A stretch of 64,000 nucleotides of DNA, taken from positions 79,298,001 through 79,362,000 of the forward strand of contig OZ024742.1 in NCBI GenBank assembly GCA_964016885.1, read 5' to 3'. Positions 43,099 through 54,005 of this stretch are shown here, piece after piece. The notes under the pieces are model-generated. The model was not told where the DNA came from, did no database searches, and worked only from the letters and a program-made list of their open reading frames with translations. The translations under genes were made by a program, and so were the position numbers. The stretch's first letter is position 1, and every line of letters begins with the position of its first letter. The DNA is from Eledone cirrhosa. Lineage: Eukaryota.

Positions 43099-44966
43099 AA
43101 TGAATAATAACAGGTAGACATCATAAAAAGGTAATTTATTCCGTGTGCTTACAAATGTTTCCACGGTGGTACTACAGCCTAGTTATGCTATGTGCAAATT
43201 TACAAGTATTTGCAGAACTCAAATATCCAATGCTGTGACCACTGTATCCTCAGAGCAGAATGGTAAAATGTACAATGTACAATGTAAATACCCTTAAGTG
43301 GGGTTGTTGGGGAAGATAGAGTAGAAAAGGAAGAGAGAAAAGTAGGGGAGAGGGAAAGAGAGAGAAAGATATGCAGGGGTTGGAGAAGTAGGAGAGAGTG
43401 GTTTGAAGATATCTTAATCAAAATGTTATGGTAGGGGTTTTATTATACTGGTTACTTTTGGAGAGATGCGTTGATAGTTAAGGTCGGAATTATTTATTGC
43501 CCCAGAGGGCAGGTTCATAGATGTGGAGAGGGAGGTATGCCAAAGGCGAGAGAGAGAGAGTGTAATGGATGTAGAGAGAGAGGTAGAGAGGGGACAGACG
43601 AAGTTTATGTGGTGAGTGAACTTTGGGTTTGTAGTAGTAATCTGTGAATTGCACTGAGTTACCATTTATAGTGATAAGCAGTGTATTGTCTTGTAGTGTG
43701 GAGGAAGAGAAGGTGGTTAGCTAGAAAGCGATGTTATAGTTACGGGTTCGGATGTTAAGTTATTTTATAGTGAGAGAATTTAGCTTTTAGTTTGTGGTTG
43801 CAGTATAATGATCGTTCAAATCTATCGTTAAGTAGTTTGTTTTGGGATTTTAATATGTAAAAGAGTTCAAGGTTACATAACCTGCAGTACTTCCATCCAC
43901 TCCGATATGCACTTGCGCTGGAAAGTATATCCCATTTTAAGGTGAACTGTTGGTTGCGTTCACGGAGTTGCCAGGTCTTGTTGGCGAGCGTGGTCACAAA
44001 ACGGTGATTAGGATGTTTGATTGAGAATCGATGACGGTACCAGCGAGATTTAAACGAGGTGGTTGTAGATCCGATATAATACCATTTCTGGTCGTTCGAT
44101 TCAACCGTGCATTGGTAAACAATGTTGGACTTTAGGCATTCATTCTTCAATGGACATGTTTCAGGTAGATGGCAGTTACATTCTTTGTTGTGGGTAGCGG
44201 GTATACCATGGATAGGTTGTGATAGCGGTACAGGTGGATTGTGTAATACCCGTCTCCCATTTAGTGGTTGGGAGGCAGATATTACGTTCTGCCCACATGT
44301 TACTAAAATGTTTTGTTTTGTAGTGTTGTTTAATTGCCTTAAGTTAAGTTTTTTTATGTATGCTTCACGGCACCAAACCTTGAAGCATTAACTTAAGGCA
44401 ATTAAACAACTCTACAAAACAAATAAATAATTCCGACCTTAACTATCAACGCATCTCTCCAAAAGTAACCAGTATAATAAAACCCCTACCATAACATTTT
44501 GATTAAGATATCTACAAACCACTCTCTCCTACTTCTCCAACCCCTGCATATCTTTCTCTCTCTTTCCCTCTCCCCTACTTTTCTCTCTTCCTTTTCTACT
44601 CTATCTTCCCCAACAACCCCACTTAAGGGTATTTACATTGTACATTGTACATTTTACCATTCTGCTCTGAGGATACAGTGGTCACAGCATTGGATATTTG
44701 AGTTCTGCAAATACTTGTAAATTTGCACATAGCATAACTAGGCTGTAGTACCACCGTGGAAACATTTGTAAGCACACGGAATAAATTACCTTTTTATGAT
44801 GTCTACCTGTTATTATTCATTCTTTATATACACTCCGGAATACAGAAGGATCAGGAACTAAGTTTCTTCAACAATTATTCCATAACTCGTAGAGTAACCT
44901 CTCACCGTACGTCAACCATATCCAGTGTAGTAATTAACCATTACTACATCTTGGGTAATCCTATAC

Positions 44967-44970
<4 letters not shown>
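43093..44970. mobile_element. Penelope-like element fold-back insertion: minus arm (terminal repeat plus GIY-YIG), hairpin junction, plus-strand terminal repeat and tail
   Basis: 43093-43497 is an inverted repeat of 44423-44830; small palindrome at 44312-44422; both outer ends abut (TA)n. Confidence 0.9.
43755..44350 (-). pseudogene. PLE GIY-YIG endonuclease domain (CNC..CP..C type, Nematis-like, tentative)
   Basis: CNCHLPETCPLKNECLKSNIVYQC...YYIGSTTTSFKSRWYRH...CRLCNLE...LLN. Confidence 0.88.
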
Positions 44971-45006
<36 letters not shown>

Positions 45007-45008
<2 letters not shown>

Positions 45009-46713
45009 CTATCTTCATCTTACAGACCCACGCTCCTCCCGGCCTGAACTCCCCACCCTTATTCCTTTAGCCTTCGACCGCCCCCTCCCCCCACACTTAT
45101 CCCCCACTAACACCACTAACACACCCCTCCTTTTCACCGCCCACCCCACAACTAACAATACTAACACCTCCACTCCACCCCTCATCTGACCACCCTTCCC
45201 CAACTAACATACTAACATCCCTTCCCTCCCCTCTTCTCCTCCTCCCCCCTCCTTATCACACGCACACACTCACCGGCACATATATACACGCGCTCACACT
45301 AAACACACACCCTACTACCACCACTAACTCTCACCCCCACACCTCTCACCCCCACACCTCTCACCCCCACACCTCCATCCCACCACCCCGCAACTAACCT
45401 CACTAACACCCCCTAACCTCTTGCACACGAACACACGCACCCACTTACACCACCCACCCCACACGCAACTAACATCACTAACACCCCCCAACCCCACGCA
45501 CACGTACCCACACACCCTCGTACACCACCAACTCTACACACCCTACCACCACTAACCCCTACTCACACTTGCATTCAACCCCTCCCCACCTCCCATATAC
45601 TAACACCCACTAACACCTCTTCATCAAACTACACACACACCAGTACACCACACTCCCTCCATAGAACCACACACACCCTTCTCTCCCCTCTCCACCACAC
45701 CCTCGCTCAACACTCACTCATCCCACTAACACCCCTACTAATACACACACACACACCCTCCTCACTCCAACTTTCACACCTACCCATCCTCGCCCCTTTA
45801 CCATTCCACCGACTGCTGCTATGCCCTCTGACCACCTCCCAGCACAAACAGACCACAGCACTCCCACTGCTGACCACTTCCTGTTGCGCGCGCACCCCAC
45901 ATCTCTACTCTTCCGACCATCGCTTCAAGGAATACCCACACACAGAAATTGACCAGCCACCAATCCACTATACATCTTCGGAATTTACCAACTTTTCAAC
46001 CATCCTCTTACGTAATCACCTATATAACTCACCCACACACACACCCCCCAAACATTTTTTTTCTCCACACGCCACCTACACCCACAACACGCTTAAACCC
46101 CACACACGCGTGCTTTCCACCACATATCTACACCCTCAGCCTCCTGATTCCTCTCCCCCCACCCCTCTATCCACACACACACATACACTCCGACCCACAA
46201 ACTCCCCCCCCCACACCTCTTCCTGAACATGCAACCCCGTTCTTCCCCCAACCCTTACTTTCACATACACACTCACACACACACACGCACACCTACACAC
46301 ACACACCACCTTCAGCCCTCCCCGCTCGGACACCCCGTCTCCCTCTCCCCACTCCACCCGCCACCACCCCTCACACCCACACCCTTCCACCACCTGTTTA
46401 ACCCCCTTTTAATTTCAGTTTATTTTGATCATGCCTATATTTTTAAATTTATCTCATTCCTTGTATTTTGATCATGCTTTATTTTTATTTTTATGTTTAT
46501 TTTTTATTTTTTCATTCGCACCGTTTCCTTTCGCTATATATCTCTCCACCACTCCCCTACACACCCTTTGAACTCTGTTCCCACACACTTCCCACCTGAG
46601 GAAGGGCTTATGCCCGAAACGTCGTCCCCCACCAACACCCCACTCTCCAGAGCGTGAAATTAATAAACATTTGTTGTACTGCCCCTCTGTTTTGTCCCTG
46701 TTCAAATTTTTCC

Positions 46714-46716
<3 letters not shown>
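45007..46716 (+). mobile_element. 5'-truncated Neptune-like PLE: end of GIY-YIG, ~1.6-kb C/A-rich 3' region, HHR core, AATAAA
   Basis: TIFILQTHAPPGLNS; homologous to 57999-59664 (-); flanked by (TA)n. Confidence 0.8.
46596..46626 (+). ncRNA. Hammerhead ribozyme core (stem I not evident)
   Basis: CTGAGGA-AGGGC-TTAT-GCCC-GAAAC-GTC-GTC; identical core at 58089-58119 (-). Confidence 0.6.
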
Positions 46717-46773
<57 letters not shown>

Positions 46774-46836
46774 TACATATGGATATCTATATATATACAC
46801 ACACACACATATATATATATATATACACACACACAC

Positions 46837-46920
<84 letters not shown>

Positions 46921-47804
46921 TATATCCAGGGAGTGTAACTTGGAGTTATGTAGGTTCACCCGGGTGAGCACTCGATGTTTAGGTTCACTTCTGTGTGGAG
47001 CTGTAGAGCTATACAGAGTGTATTATAGTGAACAGATAACAAGGACGATTGGTTACTCCTTCATTACATTTATTGGTTGGTGACGCGCGTTTCGCCACTG
47101 ATCAGCTCAAGGTTCGATCTGTATCGATCTTACCCGACTCTGTAATCTGCAGCTCGACAAGTACAACAATATATATATATGTTCACCACCTTCACCACTA
47201 ATTGATTTGACAGATGTCTTTAACCCATTGGTACCAAACATTATTTATATATATTATTTGATTGTTAAAATAATCAAATTAAATTTATGCAACAGGTAAC
47301 ACACATAGGTATAATAATTGTTTCTACATTTGGCACAAGGCCAGCAATTATCCAGTGCATTACTGTTACATTATTTTATCGACCCCGTAAGGATGAAAGG
47401 CAAAGTTAACCTCGACGGGATTTGCTACCAATGAGCCAGAAGATTGACAAGTCAACCCTAAATATGATTAATAGCTCTAGGAAAGACATTGAACGACACC
47501 ACAATTTGAAAGTAGGTTTATAATAATTAATTTTCATTTCAATTTTGTAGGTGTCTCGGCGGCCTAGTTGGACGAATGATAGACGGTGGTCGTCCCTGTC
47601 TGAAGTTCGATCCTTGTCGGGAGAAGTACTCTGGGTAAACTTTCCATTTTTTTTCCATGGGATGTAAAATAAAACTGAAAAAAAAAAAAAAAAAAAAAAA
47701 TATATATTTTAAAGAGTTAAACAAGATTAAATGAGTACATCAAAGAATGAGTTTTACAGTAGATTGAAAGCACTCTAAAGACAGATATTTTCCAGAGTTA
47801 TTAA

Positions 47805-48133
47805 TATTAAATTCAAATATTAATAAATTCAAATATTAATAGATGTTCTTGTGATCAATTAAATTTTATTATACATATTTCAGAGGTACTTGAATCAAGT
47901 TCAATAGTACGTCCTCATCAGATAAAATAAAATGATACATGATATACCCTGACATGTTAAATGGTTAAATTGATTAAATCTTAACCATTTAATATGTCAG
48001 GGTATGTCATGTATCATTTTATTTTATCTGATGAGGACGTACTATTGAACGTGATTCAAGTACCTCTGAAATATGTATAATAAAATTTAATTGATCACAA
48101 GAACATCTATTTTATTAATATTTGAATTTAATA
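47805..48133. mobile_element. Fold-back palindrome carrying a CTGATGA...GAAA hammerhead-like core on each arm
   Basis: ~150-bp arms; the plus arm 48024-48081 reads TTAT-CTGATGA-G..GTAC..GTACCTCT-GAAA-TAT-GTA-TAATAAA. Confidence 0.75.
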
Positions 48134-48159
48134 TATATATATTATTTGTTTGTTAAAAT

Positions 48160-48350
48160 AATTGTTTCTACTTTTGGCACAAGGCTAGCAATTATCCCAG
48201 GGTATTACTGGTACTTTATTTTATCGACCCCATAAGGATGAAAGGAAAAGTTAACCTCGGCGGGATTTGAACTCAGATCATAAAGGGCCGTAACTCTTTG
48301 CTGCAAAGCTTAGCGTCCGACTCTCTACCGAGACTGCCAATCCACCGCCA
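48160..48350 (-). mobile_element. tRNA-derived SINE (related pieces at 19642-19700, 47318-47425, 48420-48540, 56940-57060)
   Basis: GGCGGTGGATTGGCAG...GAGTTCAAATCCCGCCGAGGTTAAC..TTTCATCC..GGGGTCGATAAAATAAAGTACCAGT. Confidence 0.8.
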
Positions 48351-49011
48351 TAATATTAAAATAATTGTTAAAATAATCAAATTAAATTAATGCAGCTGGT
48401 AAACACGCAAAGGAATAATAATTGTTTCCACTTTTGGCACAAGGTCAGCAATTATACAGTGCATTACTGGGACTTTATTTCATCGTCCCGTAAGGATGAA
48501 AAGCAAAGTTAACCTCGGCGGGATTTGAACTCAGAATGGAAAGGGAATAATATTGTTACAAAAGAGTCAGAAGATTGACAGGTTGACTCTAAATATGACT
48601 AATAGCTCTAGGAAAGCCACGAATGACACCGCATATTTTAACTTTCATTTTGAAAGTTAGTTTGTAATTATAAATTTTTTTAATAATTTTGTAGCTGTCT
48701 CGGCGGCTTAGTTGGAGGAATAGTAGACGGTGGTGATCCTGGTCTGAAGTTAGATTCTTGTCGGGAGAAGTACTCAGGGTAAAATTTTCCATTTTTTTTC
48801 TATGGGATGAAAAATAAAAACTGAAAAAGTTTACATTACCTCTCGACGGAGATTAAACCCCAGACCTGGATCTCCACCGTCTCTAGTACCCAGCGGTAGT
48901 CCAATCAGACAAATACGAAAATCTACTGAAAATTCATACTTATGATGAAAACTAGCTTCAATATATGAGAAAAATGTCGACCGTACTTAAATATAGAATG
49001 ATACGCGATGC

Positions 49012-49340
49012 CCCCCCCCTCCCTCCTAGCCCCGGCGGTCAGAATAAAGAGGGTGTTTCCCTGGGAGGACGGCAAAGGAGTCGCGCTGGAAAAGCCACTC
49101 CAACTTGCGGGGCTCACACCTGCGTCTGGCCAGCTCAGCGCCTATGGTGGTGAGTAGTGAGGTAGCCCTAGGGCCGAGGACACCAGAAGTCTCCACTGCC
49201 AGGGGGTACAACCGTAAACTTGTCGGAGAGCGACCGGTATTTGAGAAGTTTAACCTCCTCAGCCCGACGTGCAGCAGAACCCGGGTTAGTCACAGACTGC
49301 AACAGGTTGCGGCTGCAGAAAATGTCGGTGCAAGTGGCAT
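49012..49340 (-). mobile_element. CRE-clade LINE 3' RLE fragment
   Basis: ATCTDIF...GSAARRAEEVKLLKYRSL...PLAVETSGVLGPRA...WLFQR. Confidence 0.78.
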
Positions 49341-49483
49341 TATATATATATACACAGAGGTATCCACTGTAAGTTGTGTGGTCTATTCTGTATGAAGAAC
49401 TCAATGTAATCCGTATGTTGAAAATGTTGTAGGTTAAGATAAATCTCAGAAAACAATAAAACATTAAAAGGAAAACAGTCATG

Positions 49484-49618
49484 ATATAAGTTAAAACAAT
49501 GAAATTAAAAATCAAGTCACTAGAGATATACTTCACTGCTTTACGATCGTTTCTAGAAACGATCGTAAAGCTGTGAAGTATATCTCAAATGACTTGAATT
49601 TTTATTTCATTGTTTTAA

Positions 49619-49625
<7 letters not shown>
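49484..49625. repeat. Fold-back palindrome centred on TTTCTAGAAA with a GAAACGATCGTA half-core
   Basis: AAGTTAAAACAATGAAAT...TACGATCGTTTC|TA|GAAACGATCGTA...ATTTCATTGTTTTAACTT, running into (TA)n. Confidence 0.85.
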
Positions 49626-49697
<72 letters not shown>

Positions 49698-49701
<4 letters not shown>

Positions 49702-50343
49702 GGTTACACAACAATTAATTCACCGTACCGAGTACAATTGTTTCACCTTAGCGGATCCTCAGCTCGTAATGGACATGGTTATACGGAACAGGAAGGACAA
49801 CAGTACGAACGCGCATGCGTAGAAACGATCACTTCACACAGGCAATAGTAAATTGCGTGCGAGAGGTGGAAGGGAGATAACTGCGAAAGTCCGAAAATTT
49901 CTGGTTGATAAGAAAAGATGTTGTAATTCAATCCAGAGCTTTGTATTTATATGAGAGGTGTTTCCAGACGTATGGACAACGTGTGAAGAATTCATTTCTC
50001 GTGTTTAGGCAATCACTATTGCGTAATCTCAAAGCCCCGGATTGAATTACAACATCCTAATTTTCTTATCGACCAGAAACTTTCGGACTTTCGTAGTTAT
50101 CTCCCTTATACCTCTCGCACGCAATTTAGTATTGTCTGTGTGAAGTGATCGTTTCCACGCATGCGCGTTCGTACGGTTGTCCTTCGTGTTCCATATAACC
50201 ATGTCCATTACGAGCTGAGGATTCGCTAAGGTGAAACAATTGTTCTCGGTATGATGAACTAACTGTTGTGTAACCACCACTACCTCACTCGTCCCATGGA
50301 CTGAGTGCTCTACAACTAGCGATATTACCTCCCAGTGTTCTAC

Positions 50344-50348
<5 letters not shown>
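49698..50348 (+). mobile_element. Truncated PLE with fold-back (palindrome 49698-50277), a GIY-YIG C-terminal remnant in the loop and HHRs on both arms
   Basis: ~250-bp arms; the loop encodes a decayed RV(E)AITI(RNL)KAP(G)LN motif; tail runs to (TA)n. Confidence 0.85.
50209..50251 (+). ncRNA. Minimal type-I hammerhead ribozyme with palindromic helix III (mirror copy 49726-49768 on -)
   Basis: TACGAG-CTGAGGA-TTCGCTAAGGT-GAAAC-AATT-GTT-CTCGGTA; stem I CGAG/CTCG; AACAATTGTT is self-complementary. Confidence 0.7.
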
Positions 50349-50403
<55 letters not shown>

Positions 50404-50577
50404 TCTTCCTTTCTTCCTTCGGTTGCAACGCTTTTCTAAATATCGAAATATTTACTTCTGCGTTCACAGATTTATTTTTAGTTTCAGAAGATCCCGTTAA
50501 GGGAGAAAGCAGCTATTCTTTGCTTAACCTTTAATCTGTTATTTTAATAAATATATATATATATTTGTATATATATA

Positions 50578-50684
<107 letters not shown>

Positions 50685-50892
50685 TATTAACAAAAATCAA
50701 ATTAATTAATGCAACAGTTAAACACACATAGGAATAATAAGGTTGTTACCAAAGAGCCAGAATATTGACAAGTTGACGCTAAATATAACTAATACCTCTA
50801 GGAAAGCCATGAAAGACACCACAGCTTTTTAACTTTGATTTTGAAAGTAGATTCATTTCACGTTGCTCTACTATACTCATTTTCAGCTGAGT

Positions 50893-52178
50893 ATACTGGA
50901 GCAAAATGCCATTAGAAGCGGACGTCGCCCACAAGAAAGCGGATTCATGCCTAATCGATCCATCGTAGACCACATTTCTGCCCCCGGCCCCATTGTCGAA
51001 AGATCTCGGGAGTTCCGTAGAAATCACAACCTCTATGTTGCTTTCGTCGACCTGAAGACAGATTTCGACACGATCTACCACGCATCCATCTGGAAACTTC
51101 TCCAGCTTGTCGGCGCGCCTCCGAGGACATTACCCTATTCCAACGGCTCTATATCAGTGCCGTGAGCTGTGTGTGGGTGAGCGGGAAGGACTTTGACTTT
51201 ATTCTCATTAACAGCCGCGTCAGACATGGCTGCGTGACTGAACCCGTCTTCTTGAACTGTGTCATAGACTATCTGTTGATCAAGGTCTGTGAGCGTGTTT
51301 CTGGCGTTACCTTCAGGAATTACCACCGAACCGACCATGAGTACGCAGACGACACCACCTTATTCAACAACCCCATAAATCAGCCTAGAGATTCACTGAC
51401 AATATAGCAGCAGGAATAATCAGGTAAGATGGGTGCAGACAAAGCTGGTGGATGTCGGCAATGGTCCGGATCCTCCTCCTTTTCATATTGGCCTCGATGA
51501 CGTAGAGTTTGTCAGCTCCTTCATTTACTTGGGCTCGGCAGTCACCAACAGTGGAGACCTGACCCCTGAGATCAACCGCAGATATGACCTGGCTGCCGAG
51601 GTCATGCACTCCCTATGGAAGCCTCTTTAACACCACTGCTCAATCTCCCAGAAGACAAAGCTCCGTATTTACAACGCATCGATTCTCTTCGTTCTCCTTT
51701 ATAGAACAGAAAGACTCTGGCAATGAGAACTGACAGTTTCTATAGTAGAACCCTGAGGACCATAAATAAAATCAGATGCCATCACAACGTTTCCAACAAA
51801 GTGTCGCGTGCGTTCACGCACCTGCCCAAAGCTTTCTGCCTCTTAGCAATCCACCGCCTGCGCTGGTACAGACATGTCCTCCGCTTTTAACCAGATTATC
51901 CTACCAGGGCCTTACTCTTGTTTGACGCAGCAGCTGCAGGCTAGAAGAGGCCACGGGACAGGCCGCGCACCAAATGGCTGGGTATCATCAAGGAAGATCT
52001 CTGGAAGGTCGACATCCCCTTGGAGGATACAGAGGAGTTTGCACGGGATCGCCAGCGATGGAGGGTGCTGGTAGACCTGGTCATCTCTACGCACAATGAT
52101 GCTTCTGGGACCGCTAGCTTAGGATGGCTCCGGCCTCGTCGAGCAAGAGCAAGAATAATAATAATAATAATAATAATG

Positions 52179-52238
<60 letters not shown>
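50893..52238 (+). mobile_element. 5'-truncated RTE-like LINE with (TAA)n tail
   Basis: ESGFMPNRSIVDHI..YVAFVDLKTDFD, VRHGCV..P..LN, EYADD, FIYLGS, RLRWYRHV, ARDRQRWR. Confidence 0.85.
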
Positions 52239-52239
<1 letters not shown>

Positions 52240-52257
52240 GAAGAAGAAGAAAATACT

Positions 52258-52372
52258 GCAGCAACATGAAAGGAAGTGCTTTGCCCAAGAACACAATACA
52301 CAATGCAACCCAAGAATCGAACTCATGACATTATGACCGTACGTCCAACACCCTTACCACAAGGCCACACAC
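52258..52372 (-). mobile_element. tRNA-derived SINE
   Basis: GGTGTGTGGCCTTGTGGTAAGG (A box)...GAGTTCGATTC (B box)...GTGTTCTTGGGCAAAGCACTT. Confidence 0.7.
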
Positions 52373-52896
52373 CTATATGTATATATGTGCGTGTGTGTGC
52401 GCTCTCTATCGCTCCGTATCATTCGCTACATAGTTTTCCCTCCGTATGCCTTACTGCTGTTATGATCCGACCATCATTTTTCCAAAGAATTTCCATCATG
52501 ACTTTTCTACTTCTTTTGTAACTATCAACAGAACTTTCGATGTGGTTAATTCACTTCTATTCACCTCTTCTATGTCTCTAATTATTATCAGTTAATTTCT
52601 GGTTCGTAACAATCTTTCTATTTGGTCTCTCTTTACGTTCTTACATATTGTTTGTTACGTTTTCCATGCGTTTTATAGGGCCTTTCTTGGCGCGTATCGG
52701 TATGAACATTCCTCATTTTATTTCCCTGACCAATGAGTCGAATAGACCAGACCCCTTCCGATGTTTTCTTGTTCCGCATCAGTTTTATCTTTATCCCGAA
52801 TTGGTCTCTTTACTTAGGAACTATTAATGCACTACAAAGACACCCAGTAAATAGCTGACAAGCAAATCTCCATGAGTCCTTTGTTTGTCCCATGTG

Positions 52897-53085
52897 TACG
52901 AGGGTCAGCTGAAAATTTCATAGGTGACTCTGCAGGAGTGATGGTAGGTCTATGAAATTTTACATGCATTAATTTTAACTCTTCTTATTAATAACTGCAT
53001 TGTTTGCTTCCTGGGACTATGTTGGAAAATAAACCTTATTCGGCCATTCCATGAGAGTACCGTGGACAGCCTATGAACCTTTTTA
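52897..53085 (+). mobile_element. Mariner-like MITE remnant
   Basis: TA|CGAGGGTCAGCTGAAAATTTCATAGG with partial inverted match CCTATGAACCTTTT. Confidence 0.45.
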
Positions 53086-53092
53086 TTGTATA

Positions 53093-54005
53093 CTAGCAGC
53101 AGTACCCAGCGTTGCCTGGGTAGGTAAAATAATATCTACTTTCATGAAAAAGTGTTGATCTTAGCGACTGCGAGTTTCTTGAAAATCGGTCGTAAGGTGT
53201 AGCAAATGGTGAAATGTTGAGTGAAATCATATGGAATATGTGGGAAGTGGAAAAATTCGAATTTTGAAGAGTTAAACGGCTGCCACGCCGTCCATAAACA
53301 AAGAATGCAAAGTGTAAAGCTACGAACTATCGTAGTATAAAAGTTGAACCAAATAAATTGATTTATGTGTGAGGTGGAGCCGAAGTTTCGAATTTGAACG
53401 AAATCGGTTGAAAAATGTGGGAGCTAGAGCCGAAAAGGCGGAAATTTGAGCGAAAAGGTGGTATTTTCGAATATTTAAGCGGCTGCCACGCCGTTCCTGA
53501 ACGAAAAATCCAAAATATAAAGCCACTTTAAGACGTAAAATAATCTGATCTAGCGTAGTGTAAAAATTTGAACAAAGTAGACTGATTAATGTGGGAGCTA
53601 GAGCGGAAATTTGAGTCTAAAAGTGGTATTTTTGAATATTTAAGCGGCTGCCACGCCGTCCATGAAGAGCAAATGTAAAATATAAAGCCATTAAAGGATG
53701 TGCAATGATAGATTCTATTTTGCTTTAAAATTTGAACGCAATCTGTGGCAAAATGTGGGAGCTAGAGCCAAAGGTCTTATTTTTCGATACCTAAAAAAAG
53801 GTGACGCCCCCTCCCCCCTATTGATTTTATCTACAGAATGACCCCAGAATAAAAAAAAACGATAGGCTGATATATAGAAAACACTCCCTGATGACTAATC
53901 TATGAGCCTGTAAAGTTTCATGAAAATCGGTCGAAAGATGTAGGCCCCTATAGGTAATACACAGACACACACACACACACATACTTAATTTTATATATAT
54001 ACAGA
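53093..54005 (-). mobile_element. Non-autonomous Helitron with internal tandem units
   Basis: Minus strand A|TCTGTATATATATAAAAT ... hairpin ACCCAGGCAACGCTGGGT then CTAG|T; CGGCTGCCACGCCGT three times and TGTGGGAGCTAGAGC three times. Confidence 0.85.

Larger units (their letters stand above)
47262..48830. repeat. Local duplication of a unit with a tRNA-like segment and SINE insertions; third partial copy at 50690-50855
   Basis: 47262-47730 and 48362-48830 share AATCAAATTAAAT..ATGCA, GAAGATTGACA, CTCTAGGAAAG, GTCTCGGCGGC.TAGTTGG...GTCGGGAGAAGTACTC. Confidence 0.75.

Noticed and set aside
53270-53770. Regularly spaced short repeats resembling a CRISPR array
   Set aside because: Eukaryotic context, spacers homologous to each other, and location inside a non-autonomous Helitron.
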